Shown here piece by piece: positions 24,220 to 37,256 of a stretch of 64,000 bases of DNA; the stretch's first letter is position 1, and the number at the start of each line of letters is the position of its first letter. Both the position numbers and the translations under genes were made by a program. Source of the DNA: Phoronis australis (Eukaryota; Animalia; Phoronida); assembly GCA_002633005.1 (NCBI GenBank), contig NMRA01000260.1, positions 75,821-139,820 on the forward strand, written 5' to 3'. Below the pieces are notes generated by a model. That model searched no databases and was not told the origin of the DNA. It saw nothing but the letters and a program-made list of their open reading frames with translations.

Positions 24220-25127
24220 TCCGCCAACAAGAGCACCATGCAGAAGATTGTGACTGTTTCAACTATTATGTAATAACCATGACTGGCATGCAAGTGTCCT
24301 AAACATATGCTAAGAGGATCACCTCTCAGAGACTGTCTTGTGGTGGGCAGTCTAATGGAAGTCAAGTCAGTCAACTTATTCTATGTGCGGGCATTATTCC
24401 TGGGTTATATTAGTAAACAGCAAATTTCAGTGGTCATCACATGTTCAGACTGTTTGTTTCTGTCTGGTTATGTGCGTTTAACAACAGTGTAAAGCTGTAA
24501 TTAAACTGTATGTTTAACATGTAAAACCATGTGATGGTAATTTATTAACCTTCACTCATATTTACACATTGTGTAAAATGATATCTCTATTCTTCTTGGT
24601 TTCAATGATTTACATTTTACAGGATATATTCAGATTTTGCGCCTGACGATTGAGAAAATTATTTTGCACTTTTGTGGGTTGATAAGGAATTGTTGGAAGG
24701 TTATTTGGTGAAGTCTGAATGAATTTCTACAGAAGGTTCAGAATTACTGTAGATCAGGGTGTGCGAGTAACAAAGTTTTGCAGGTCATACATGTCAAACA
24801 CAGACAGTTGCTATTTGTAAGGTGCATTCATTTGGTAATTTATGACCTTTTGCCTGTAACGCATTTATCCTTTCAATCTTTTGCGACCCACTGATGTTGA
24901 CTGAGTCGACAGTTGATGTATTAAAGGGACATTACTAGGTTTTACATCAGAAACACACACTTTGTAATCATTGGGGGATGAGATAAGCTTCTTGAATTTA
25001 CTTGCTTTGACCAGAGGCATAAAACCATAAATTCATTGTTTTTTGTGGATTTCATAACAAATTGCCAATTGCAAGGCCGATGACAGTACCATTGATATGG
25101 GCTTAAAATGCTCTGCTATTTTGTGTG

Positions 25128-25232
25128 TGGGCTTTGGCTCAGTGGAAGAGCATTCAGCTTCTACTGCGGTGATTGTCAGTTTGATTCCATCTGCTGCAAA
25201 TTTTATGTAAAATTACTTTTCTTGCTCAGAAC
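25128..25232 (+). repeat. tRNA-derived SINE-like/pseudo-tRNA in putative CNOT4 3' UTR
   Basis: A-box TGGCTCAGTGG, degenerate B-box GTTTGATTCC, downstream AAATTACTTTTCTTGC shared with the copy at 53797-53900. Confidence 0.55.
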
Positions 25233-25751
25233 ATCGTGAAGCATTAGTGCCTCCACTTGCTGGTCACATGGTGGGTGTTTTTTCATCAACATTAATTAGG
25301 TGTATAATTTGGGTTAATTCTTAGTATGTGGATTTTGGGCTTTTCATCATGCGCCCATTAATAAAAGAAGTTTCTGTCCGTAGCTTTGTCCATTTTTTGT
25401 TGCTGATAGTGTGTAACCTGTGAATGATCCCAGAGTGCATGTGATATACTGTAGTTGGAAGTAACTACTTGTGCTTCAGACAGGAATGCAAGCACTTGTT
25501 ATTGGACTAGTTACCTGCATTGTGATGACCACTGAAACCTTGCTTTGAATTGGTTTTAAGAATCTAGGGGAAAGGTCGTTTCATTCTATATTGCCCAAAT
25601 GTGGCTGAGTTGACGCATGTGTTCAGTTGATGAGCCTTTATAAAGTGGACCTTGCTCTCAGTTTCTCTTTAAAAGTTATGATGAATACGATGTATTCTAT
25701 TACCGACTGTTTTACCTAAACAGATCCTTCACTTGTTGTCACTGGCGAGCC

Positions 25752-25757
25752 AATAAA
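25752..25757 (+). terminator. Candidate CNOT4 polyadenylation signal
   Basis: AATAAA followed ~20-30 nt later by a GT/T-rich tract; other candidates at 25360 and 26184. Confidence 0.45.
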
Positions 25758-26353
25758 CAAGTTGATATTTAATGATGGATTTGTGTCTTCTGCTTGCTTC
25801 CTTGACTATGTGGGCCCTGTGTAAATTTTGTCTAGTGTTGTGAGGAGCCCGTTTAAGCTCTAAATTTAGGTGAATAAGTGCAGGAGGTGAATTCACAAAA
25901 CTTATCATTATTTACAGCCCAAAATATATTTACTCCATGTGATTGTAGGTTGTTGCCACTTGGTGCTGATTCCTTATTTTTGTCGTTTTTTAAACGTGGT
26001 GCAACAATTTTTTAACTTTTCCCTGGCATTCTTGTGATGAATGTGTCCTATCTTGGCTACAGCTCCAGATTTTTTGAGGTTTTCATTTTGGTCAGCTTTT
26101 CTTGCAGTTCAGTATAGGCTAAACCTGCTTGGTTTGTTGATGATGGAGTTTCACACAATTATTTTTAAAGAACAGCATTTATAAATAAAAATCGACAGTA
26201 GAAACAAACTATAAAATTTTGTAAATGGTCTAAAAAATGTCCATACAAACATTTTTATGTCTTCTCTTCATTGGGTGGATGTGCTGTTTTCAAAAAGCAT
26301 CGCTCATACGTTATCGCGTATTCGCGTCTTGCCAATTTAACAATTAAAGTGCG

Positions 26354-26604
26354 TTAATAATCTTCATAAGAGATTTGGCACTTAGATCCTTGAGGAGGAC
26401 CGTCGACGTTGACTTTGTTCTTTCCCATAATTGTTGAGGGGTTTTCCGGCATCCGCCTGAGTATCCCCAGATGGCGCTTGTGCACGTTGTCTGGGCAGTA
26501 CTTGGCGCTGGCAATAACGACCACAACGAGGGTAATAAAGATGAATAGTCCAACTGATAATGCTGCAAGGTCATATACGCTGAGGTCACTTCCTGCAAGA
26601 CCAT
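26354..26604 (-). CDS. C-type lectin gene, transmembrane and cytoplasmic exon
   Basis: Acceptor ttttttcag; the phase-1 frame (not the ORF-track frame) reads GLAGSDLSVYDLAALSVGLFIFITLVVVVIASAKYCPDNVHKRHLG...SYEDY*. Confidence 0.85.
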
Positions 26605-29600
26605 CTGAAAAAATGTCTGGGTGTAGAGACTAGATGCTGTTAAAATGCAATACTGACTCAAGACACTGGTTTCGTCACGATGATATGGCCGAGAACAAAA
26701 TAGTGAACTATAATTGTAGTTGTGCCTTCAGTGAAGTAACTTGTCTTACTGTATGATAGATGGCGCACACGTGTAGGCAGGATACTTACACGTTTGATCA
26801 CATTTATTTTTGTCCAAAATATGAGTACGAACTTTAAAATCAGCGCTTATGTAGATAAGGACATATTGATAGACGTTTCGGTTTATTGTCTCTAAACCAT
26901 TCTCAATATTCCAATCAGGTGACATAGGTGGAGAACAGACTGTACAGGTACACGTTAAAATGCATTGTGAGGGGAGTGACAGTGAGAAGTCAAGCGTTGG
27001 AGCTCAGATGAACCAATGTTTTTATTCAGATGGCGCTCAGCATGATTCAACCTTTTATGCATAGCCTCCTTTATGAGGAGCCTCTGGGTAACATTATCCA
27101 TGTCTAAGATGTGAACATCAGAGCAATCTATATTGTGACCAGTTATCAATGTGAGAACAGCACTGTGTGTGTCTACAGTTTCCTTTGACTCTTATGCTAA
27201 GAATCCTGTTCGTCATTCCAATGTAAAACTGTTCAGATTCATTATAGTTGAGTTGGTACACAACACGATTTGTTTCAGAATTACTAAATGATATTTTAGT
27301 CTGGACAATGACAAACTTGTGTTAAGAATGGTTTAGAGAGAATAATCCGAAACGTCTATCAATATGTTGTTATTTTCATATGGCGCTGATTTTAAAGTTC
27401 ACCTCACTAGAATACTAAATGGGACAATTAACCCTCGCCGTTCACTAGAAAAAAAATTTGGTTTAAACCATTTACCAGTGTGAAATTGGACTCGCCTGAT
27501 TGTAAGTTATTTTTGACCTGATAAGAATTGACGTTTGTTATTGGTTCAGACCAGGCTCTTGGAATTTGTTTGTCACGGCGGGTTAGTTTTAGCCGCCGTA
27601 ACACTTGACCCTCTGAGAAATTCCAGGCGCTTCATTGCAACCAATTTCAACAACCAAAGGTTAAGAACACGATGACGTTACTTTGGAATAGAATCGATAC
27701 AAAAATATGTCCTCACTTGCCGATCCGCTGAGCAATGTAAACTTCGACATCGAACAAGCAAGAAATAGGAAAACACAGATAACGGGACAAATGCCTCCTC
27801 ACTGAGTTCATGAAGCTACTCTAGTGCGGATACTTCGCTGCCGCAAAAAATACCCTTGTGAGGAAAGACGTTTTAACAACAGAAGATGTATACTGATCTC
27901 GCCCAGAAGTTCCTGTCAGTTCCTTTTAGTCCTGAAATCACCTCCAATTCAGTTGACGCAGGTACGGACCACTTTCATAACGATAAGTGATCTTAATCAA
28001 AAGTTGTCTTTCTGATGAAATGCGAGTGTACGTGATCCGCTTTAAAGCGGCAATAAACCTGCGTTCTGTTGAAGAAACTAAATTTTGATTTAGACCACTG
28101 GTAGTGCCATAAAACTGGTATCGCCTTTTCCTCAGATGAGAAGTGAGCAAGTGGCAGTTGGTCGAGTCTCGAGATCATGCTCAGCGAAAAGTTACTTGAA
28201 AAGCTTTATCTCTGAAGCAACAACCCAGAATATCACACATCAATATTTTGGTTAATGGACAATTCATTATGTTAGGACTAATTTCATCAAAACCGTGACA
28301 GGTCCAAATCTTAATTTTGGTTTTTGTCTCTTAATGCTGGTTCTTAGTCTTATTTTGATGTAGCCATAGTCTGTCTATTGGCTAAAACAGGGTTTACTAT
28401 AAAACACGTCATAGGCGTGGAAGAGATGTAGCACCGCCGAATAACGCAAAATGTGTTGGATTGAACCTCTCAGTGACTGACACGTACATGCATGCAACTG
28501 AGCTTAAAATATGAACAAGCGTTTTTCGTATCTCTTTCTTAAAATAGTTGTCCATTGAGATCAATTAAGTCGTCAAATTTGTCTATCTTTTCGTAAACTG
28601 GGACTGAACGTTCTGGAATTACGGCACAAACACAACTGTGTTAGTTATACACTGTGATAATTATCAAGAATTCGGTACACTGTTTTAAGTGACGTAGACT
28701 CGATAAAGGTCTCGAGTTAGCAATTATTTTAGTGAAGGCCCTATTTGCTGAACGTTTAACGACAGGAAAAACGCCTGGAAACAAAATGAATACTTACTGT
28801 GTCGTTTAGTACAGAGGGGGCGATGTTTTCCTGTTAAGCAATCGGATGCCCTCCAACTGGGCGTTACTGTGGACGGATCTATGAAGATACACAAACTTGC
28901 AGTGTCTAAACTTTCGATTGTAACATTTGCATCTGCGAGCAAATTATTGCATTCGTCACAATTTGTTACCACAACATCCTGCGAATTCAAAACGGACACC
29001 TGTCCCCCTTTAGCTGCAATCCGGTAGTCAGTCCAGTAGGAAGGAACGGCCTGTGAGGTGTCATACTTTCCCAACACCGCCTGCAATCCTGTAACGGTGC
29101 TGGTGGCCCTTGGCGTTACGAGAGTCCCGTGGACGTTTCTACACGATTCAATGGCCGCCGTGTGTGAAAGGGGCGACTTGAGGGACGGCGGTAGTATGCA
29201 CTGATCGATTGCTTGTACATGCACCCAGGATTTATCGCACATTCCGAAACATCCTGGAAGTAGAGTGTTTTAAAACTAAGGCTAAACTTTAGGCGTGCAC
29301 TATTTTTATATTTTAAAGGGACCCTCCTTGACATGATGATTTGAGGAAAGTGGCTCAGTTTGAACTGCTATAAAACAGTTGTCGGCCTCAAAGGTATTGC
29401 TTAAAATCATATTCTGTGCACTCATAAACTGTAGTACAAGGACCGCAACCTCCATATACTTTCAATGGACGAAATCTGTGCTCTTACTGAGCCAATAACG
29501 TCATTATTCACTAGCGACACCTGGCCAAATTGTGTGGTTTTATTTCCGGCAAGTATGGCGTCTGCTGAACATGATCGGTTGTTGTGTCGTTACAGTGCAC

Positions 29601-32600
29601 TAACCGGAAACTGAAACAGATAATTTAGGAGAGTAGCGCCTCCTCAAGGATAGTACGCAAGAAAATGTTGGAGTTGCGAATCAGTATATAATCTATGGTG
29701 CATTCTACTAAGAACACAGAAAGTGTATACTTTACATAGCGTAAACTGGAGGTTGCGAATACTTTCATTAGCAAACCGCGTTATTTATTGTTGTATTAAG
29801 TGGACGGAGACAAATTTCAAGATGCTAGCGATTGAAGAAGTAAAGTTGCCATGTCTCGAGTCATTAAATTGTGAATATGCAAATGATTGCAAACAACCTC
29901 GGGTCTTCCGGTGTGCCAGAAACCATCCGAGAACCAGTTAGCATTAAAAGTCTCATTTTGCGAGACTATTTTTATGTAAATGAATATGGTAATATGTCAT
30001 CGTTACCCCAATGAAACAAGGCACAGTTTTCTTTATGTGTTCATTTCACTATCAAATAACGATTGCGTGATATTTGGAATTACTGGGGTATTCTATACTT
30101 TTACACTTGTTTTTAAGTGTTATCAATTATCGTGTTTTCTTTAAAACCGCATTTTATTTACAAATTGTTTCTTTTTATGATTATACTTGTACACACAGTT
30201 CTCCAGCAGGTAATACGGTGGCGCTAGCTGCAAATTCAAATATTTTACGATTTTAATCAGACATAGCATCTTTAACTTGTGGTGGAACAGTGACTAAAAA
30301 GTAATCTAGCCATCCAGAGCTTCGCGATCCGTGTTTGTGCATCCGTGAACTAACCATCCATATATACGTGAATGCGTTGGTGGAGATCATCAAAATCAAG
30401 GTACCTAAACTACATGGTCAACGGACTCATAAACACAGGCACGGACGCATGAACACGACTCACGGACCTGCAAACACCGTCCACAGACTCACAAACACGG
30501 GAACGGACTCATAAAACACGATCCACGCACACAAACACACGGGATACGGACTCATATTCACGAGGAAACACGGTTAACGGACCGCCAAACACGGGTCACG
30601 GACTCATCGGCTTCCTGAGTCAGCTGACATCTTCATTTTGTCCGTAAACCGTGTTTGGCGGTCCGTTAACCGTGTTTCCTCGGGAATATGAGTCCGTGTC
30701 CCGTGTATTTGGGTGCGTGGATCGTGTTTTGTGAATCCGTTCCCTTGTTTGTGAGTCAGAGGACGGTGTTTTAAGGTCCGTGAGTCGTGTTCATGCGTCC
30801 GTGCCCGTGATTATGAGTCCGTTGACCGTGTAGTTTAGGTACCTTGAAAATATCAAGACAAACGTCTTTGTATTGGTAGACGACTATATGAATTTGTTGT
30901 TGATCAGCGATACGTGTGTGATGATAGATGCAGAGACGGATGAGAAGTATAAAAACATATTTTTCGTGCTCAAAAACGCCCATCGAGTTGACAAGAACCT
31001 TTCAGAAATTGCTGATATATATATCTCATCCATGTTAAAGGTCGATTTGGCATCGTAAATATGGGGGCCCAATTGAAGCGAAAACATTTAGGTAAATCTT
31101 AAAAAGGGCATGGGGCATGTCGGTGACATTTATGGTCGTGTCCGAACGGGTGCCTATGTGCTATGTGGCACCAATTCCGCGAGCTTTTCACAGACACCAT
31201 ACTTCGAAGTTGTACAGCGGGTCCTTCTTTTCGTTTTTTTTTTTTCGTATTTTGATGAGACGCCGTTTATTGAAATCATGTTTTTGTTAATCAAACGAAA
31301 TGAGAGTAGATCAACATTTCAGACATCCGCGTGTATGAAAATTGGCGACTGAGGAGATTGTTCTTGGACGTGGACAGGAACACGCAACCTTTGAACGGGT
31401 GGCATTAGGAGAGATCTTTCGCAATGACAGAACGATCGAACTCAGATCGGGGATCACGAAGCTATGGATGATTCGATTTTCACTGACAACACCGAAATAG
31501 TTTAATGGAAACGAACTGTGTTAACGAGAACAGTTAACGATACTGACGAATCTAGAACGTTGTAAAGGTAGCGAACAACCACAATTTTCGAACAGGATAA
31601 TTTCTGCAAAATCGACATGCAGAGGGCGTTTTTCTGCCTCGTAGATGAGGAGGACAGTGGTGCCCCATAAATCCGATTAGAGTGTCCGTCCGCAACGAGA
31701 CAATGCACGTTGTTCTCCCTGCGAGACAAACTTCTGAAAGGGATTTATTTACGACTTTCTGAAATGCGTCAAAGCCGAGCACTGCACACAGTCTGAAACA
31801 AATTGTCGGGTAAGGAATAACATTTACTATGCATCGTGAGTAAATATGAGGTCGCGATTCGAAAATGCGTTTAACGAACTGTATTGTTCGAGAAAACTTT
31901 TACAGTATGGCTGTTCAAACATTTTTTAGGATAATCATCGTGCAAGAAAGTGAGGACTGTCCTTAACCTCGTGTTTGTAAGCACAGGGAATTTGATAAGA
32001 CATCCTCACAATTAGAAGTCAAATTATATCATTTTATTAAGAGAACGTAGTGGCTTCTGTAACCCTTTTCAACCAAAATATCAAAATTTGTCCTTGCGGG
32101 CATTAAATAAACTTCGAATTCCACTTTTATGTTAAACTAAATAGAGGAATGTGGCGTGTCGGAAATCTGATTATGTCTCAACTTTTCGGTTTGATACAAG
32201 TTCTTTGTCAACAATACAAAATAAAGAATTGACCTACAAATTCTCCTTTCAACTCCCCTTTAACCGCAACAAATTCAGCCCTCACCCGTCAACAACAATT
32301 TTGCCGACAATGTCATACTCCCACAATCCATCGCCAGTAAGACGCGTTACAGTCTGTGCAAGTTAAAGGGACATTGTGAGCGAGAACAGTGATTTTCTAA
32401 GATCAGCCGCATTGGAACATCAAATTCCCGCGGACGCAGCCTAATGCTCTGCTGGTGGAGTTAAATCCCACTCAAATAGCAGAGTATTTTAAGTTACAGG
32501 CCTTGGTTTTAGGGACTGTGAGATAGACTTTGTAGCAAGATAAAAATGGATGTTGTTGTTTTGTAGCCCTGGACAAAGCTAATAACTTCAAAAGCAGTGG

Positions 32601-33309
32601 CGGATTTAAGGGGGGGTAAGGGGGCCATGGCCCCCTAAAATTTTCCCAGATTACATTTGGCAGTTCGGGGGTGCGAATGTCTGACAGGCAAAATCCTATC
32701 CAATACTCTTCCCTGCCCCCCCCCCAACTTAAACTCCTTAATCCGCCCTTGAAAGTCTATCCCATCCAACAATAATGCCATAACTTCGTTATTCGGCCGT
32801 CAAAACTGATAATGTCCCAATGTCTGCATAAAGAATTGAGTTTTCTTAAAAAAGGACGGGTGACTACAAACGTCCGAGCATTATCACATTTTGTTTCTGT
32901 GTGCATGGACAGGAAAATATTTGAAGAATTGTGCCAACGACAGTGTTTAGAAATAAATTTCAAAATTTTGGGATAGCATTTAGAAAGGCTGAGACGACAT
33001 CTGCACAAGCGCTTTCTTAGGGTATCATTTATACAATACTTTCTGCCCCAAAACGACCTATAAGTTTCGGGACATGTCATTTGCCTGTCAGGAAGTGTAA
33101 AGTACTTTTCATAGTTTGGCAGTTATGATGGCGAACTGGCCAAAAGCGCGTTCAGTGATTATAGGCTTTGCTTTAATTTCGCTTGAAAGGGTCCAAACTA
33201 AACACAAAATGGCAGAATCGCAGTTTGATTCCTTTGTGTACTCACCCACCAGTGTTGCCAAGCATCCTATGTAAACTGAAATCTGCAACAGAGCTTTCAC
33301 GTTTACCAT
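26354..33309 (-). CDS. Type I transmembrane protein with a single C-type lectin-like domain, 3 coding exons, 256 aa
   Basis: complement join(33309-33246, 29253-28798, 26604-26354). Both introns GT-AG, phase 1. Signal peptide MVNVKALLQISVYIGCLATLVGCFG; CTLD C-x3-W...QC...A..SC...GTL...YW...LC..I...W...DC...LC; TM LAALSVGLFIFITLVVVVIASA; tail ending QISYEDY*. Confidence 0.85.
26823..27405 (-). mobile_element. 5'-truncated Penelope-like retroelement (GIY-YIG remnant) with inverted pseudo-LTRs
   Basis: Minus strand reads VVYQLN...QFYIGMTNRILSIR then, after a frameshift, GHNID..VHILD...RLLIKEA...LNKNIG..EL. ~75-bp inverted repeats at ~26829-26903 and ~27325-27400, each containing CCGAAACGT. Confidence 0.85.
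28798..29253 (-). CDS. C-type lectin gene, CTLD exon
   Basis: Acceptor cttccag, donor gtaagt; symmetric phase 1-1 exon with CTLD cysteine/tryptophan pattern. Confidence 0.9.
30311..31470. mobile_element. Composite foldback element (outer 20-bp IRs, inner ~200-bp inverted arms)
   Basis: Outer catccagagcttcgcgatcc / ggatcacgaagctatggatg; inner arms 30396-~30594 and ~30649-30847 built from ACACGG/ACGGAC subrepeats. Confidence 0.75.
32595..32751. mobile_element. Short MITE, same terminal type as 2181-2480
   Basis: cagtggcggatttaag / ccttaatccgcccttg termini; internal GGGGGCCATGGCCCCC palindrome. Confidence 0.7.
33246..33309 (-). CDS. C-type lectin gene, signal-peptide exon
   Basis: ATG in aaaacaATGG context, hydrophobic 21 aa, donor gtgagt in phase 1. 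Confidence 0.72.
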
Positions 33310-36300
33310 TGTTTTCCTTCAGTTGTTTGCTTTATGACCTGGCATGTTGACCTTTATTGTTTTGTGTTTGTCCAGCAGTATCACTCACATGACCATGTAC
33401 AAAATCTTTTTAGAAAATTCGACTGTAACTACGATAGATGTGTGTCGTGCGAGATGCTGAAACGGAATAAAATAATTAAGGTGATACCATGAGCAAATGA
33501 TTTTACAAAATTAAGCGGAATGAGGAAAATAAGCTGCTGATATAACGGCCTAGATCTCATTATGATGCGAGTGTGATCAACACAGTTACTTCTGTGACAA
33601 ATCGTGACCTTTAGAAATATCTCATAATTGTTACACAATGAACAGAACACCTGATTAAGACAAAGGGTTTAAGTTTCGGACAAGCCAGAGATCTTACACG
33701 AGCCTGTGAAATTGAAAAAAGAACTACTTCTATTAATTTCCTTCCCATAATCCCATCAACTATTTAATTCTACATTTGACTGAGAGGAAATTTACCTGAA
33801 GGTAGTAAAAGGGTAACTCAATGTTAGTTAATTACCTCTTAATAAAGACGCCCCAATACACAGTACTTTATGTCATTAACGTGCACCATCTTCTACGCTC
33901 GTATTACGGATCAAGTCGTTAAACGAGATAAATAGTGTTCTAGATAAACGTGTTTCGTGGATAGCACGTACGTTTATGAGTTGTGTATTAGTGCTTTAGG
34001 TCAGATGCAGGATCTGTATCGCTTGATGGATCACCAATAATACATGTTATCTACGTCACGAACACGCCCATAAGGTCAGGTATGGAAAATGCTTTTTGGA
34101 CCAACCTGACAACCGATATCGTGTTTAGACCCCGCTAAAACAATGAGTTCGTACGACGAATGGTATTTGACAAACTGTGCTTAGTAAAGCCAAATTCATA
34201 CAAACGTTTAATTGTAATACTGAACAATGTAGATGAATTGTGACTGAGCATTTAATATTGTTTCACAGCTGTCTATACCTTCACAATACGTGTTTGATCA
34301 GCTCTTTAAGAATTGTTTTGTTCTACTCTATAGGTCACAAGATAATGAATATATAAACATGTCGGTACATGGATAACCAAAATGTATAGTATACTGTAAC
34401 TAGTCGGATATGCATCAGTCAGTGCACTAAAATATAAATTTACGACGCTCGTGTTCAGATTTTCTTGCCGATCCACGTCTTTGTTTAAACATGAATCTTA
34501 AGCTAAATTAATCCAAAGGTAATTACTGGACGAAATATCTATCTAACGTGAGTGAGTAAGCTGTGTGTGTAAATATTAAACAAAATAAATAGAGTCGTCA
34601 GGATCAGTGCACTGAGTCGCGTATCCCTGAGGAACTACAACCACACTGGATCAAGATCTTTGAACGTCAACATAATCATACTTTTGTCTCACAAACCTTG
34701 GTCTGTTAGAGCTTACCCATGACACTTGGGGAAATGTTCGTATTTGTAGACTTTCGCAAGGTGTTTCACAGTTTGTCGTTAAAAGCAATATCCTAGAGGG
34801 ATATTTATGAAAATTCCTAAGTGAGAATACCGGTACATGGTCCACTCACACCTTGTTCGAAATACTCAATAATGGTGAAACAAATGTGAACACTAGGTTT
34901 TTCCGTTTTTTTTTTTCTTGAAAGTGGACAAATGTCAAAAGGTCAATGCTCAGGAGACTCGCGAGGCAAGGCATTGTCTACGATGATAGCAATAGTTCAT
35001 CGTTGTGTGTTGTTCTTAGCAACGGATACAGCGACTGGGTTGAGAAGGAAATGAAATGTCTTGCACAATGATTATAAGAATTTGAGCATTTGTGTTTGTC
35101 GTGAAAAGGCCAATGCTGGAGGATCTGGAATGCGACGAGGTGAGGGCCACAGTTACCGAAAAGATAACGTTCACGTTGGCTCTGACATGATATCTCGTCG
35201 CTGTTTTTAGCTAAAGGCAATGAGAATATCCCCAAATTGTCAAACACAAAAATTAGAAACTTATTTAAAGGTCATCCAATCAAACAATTTAAAGTGTCAC
35301 GTGTGAGAATTAAAGTCCTAGCAGTGTAAACATTAATTTTACGCGTTTATTCAATTGACAATAAAGTATGGCATACTTAAGATGGACTTTCAGTTGATGA
35401 AGTAAGGTGGCTTTGTCGCCGTACAGTCTTTCGAAATTTTTGGTTCGGCGGAATTAATCTACATAACATTCGCGTTTTAATTTTTACATCTAGCAAATGA
35501 AAAGGTTTAGCAAGGCACAGAAGGAAGCAAGTAATGGAACAGTTGTGGGAATCATAAACACACCGGGAGAGGGCAGAGGTGTTGCTCCTTTTGACCTTTA
35601 CGGAATTGTATGTTAAGAGCATTTCCGATGCGTTCAACAGTCAATCTTACCTCAACAGTATGGTGTCATTAAATGATACGAAGTGTTGTCAAACGATAAT
35701 AACTGTCATAAAGTAATACCGCCTGGCAGAGATAAACCTCACATGGCAATGATGTCTTCAGGTCGAAAAACTATCGTTCGTTCTGGTCTGTTTTTTTTTT
35801 GAAAATCTATTCAGTGGTGTGGTATTTTTGTTGCTCCCCTTTTTAAAAAAGAAAATCCACCCGAGAAGAGTAGAAATGAGGGATTCGTGTTTTTACTCAT
35901 CGCTGGGCAAATCACGTTGCTCATGTGATTTTATACATTTTTAAACACGACTCGTTCGCTGAAATTGTTGCGGGCGGGCTTTTTTGAACGCAAGTCTCAA
36001 AATAAGTCGGAGCACAGACCATGGCCAGTTATGTTTTTGACCTCAGCAGTAATCTTTTACTTTCAGGATATGCACCCGGGGTTACTCCTTTAGAAGTTGC
36101 CTATGGAGTTTTCACGTATTTTTCACTGTATGTTATTCATTTTTAGATTCCCAGAATAAAGTTTAATGTTAGTGGAACGAAGCATTACAAAATGGGGATT
36201 TTTTTGTAAAAACCCTTACAAGAGAGTCATTTGTTTTTTCGTGTCTACTTCTAAAAGAATGGTGTTCTCATTTTGTGACTGCACGCACCATTATTCAAAA

Positions 36301-37256
36301 TCGACTATCCCCGGCGATTTCCTGGTAAGGATTTCTTATCATCTCTAACCTAACAAGTCAACTCTTTGCGTGACTGCATACTTCTGAAATTAATCTAGTG
36401 ATTTTCTACTGCAACCCGTGCACGTAATTCGTATCTCCGTGCGCATTTTTGGTCTGAAAAAATCCACTGGCTTGCGCGTTCGCAAATGAATCCATTTTTG
36501 TTTCCGTCAAACGCTCCCAGTCTTGATAATGTACGAATTGCAACCTCTCATTAGTTTTATCAATTCCTCCTTAATAGGTCATAATGATGCTACTTAAATC
36601 CTCGTCTTCGTCTCAGAGCCACTCAGGGATAATTAGGTCAAGCTGAAGTAAACTTTGAACTGGATACATCAAGTTTGAGGTGACATCTTGTTTGTTTATG
36701 TTTTTACACAGAGAGGTCGCTGCTAATCACACCTGATGACACCACAAATCAAACTCTGCTTGGTCTGTGATGTCTTCGGGTGTAACTCTCCTTGTTATAA
36801 AACCTATCGAAGTTGGAAACCAGCCGTAACATGAACCAAAACATTGGTTCCGCTGCACGTAGCTGTAAGAACAAAACACTCTTCTTTGAAGTGTATAATT
36901 AAACGATCTATCCTGAAATTCTGAATTAGATCTACTTATTTTTAACTCGGTCTCGGCCCTTCAAGAAAAAGGTCCCGAAGACCTGATTACAGTTTGCAGT
37001 AATCCGAGGAGCGCCGTTGTCTTTTTCTAACACAATATTTGAAAGAAGTCGAAAACTGTTTTGTAGATCGATATACGAAGGCTCTTTGCCAGTGGCAGTT
37101 GATGGTATTCAACTGATGACGCAAAATGCAAAATGGGATAAGGTTGATAAATAGCAGTGACTTGAAATTCTGCTGTAGCCTGCGGACGACATTACTACCT
37201 TTGATTAAACCATGTTATATTTGTACATTCTATATCGTGTTTCATGAGAAGTGACC

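Noticed and set aside
26344-26661. 105-aa minus-strand ORF as listed in the track
   Set aside because: Wrong frame; the splice phase selects the overlapping frame that encodes the TM helix
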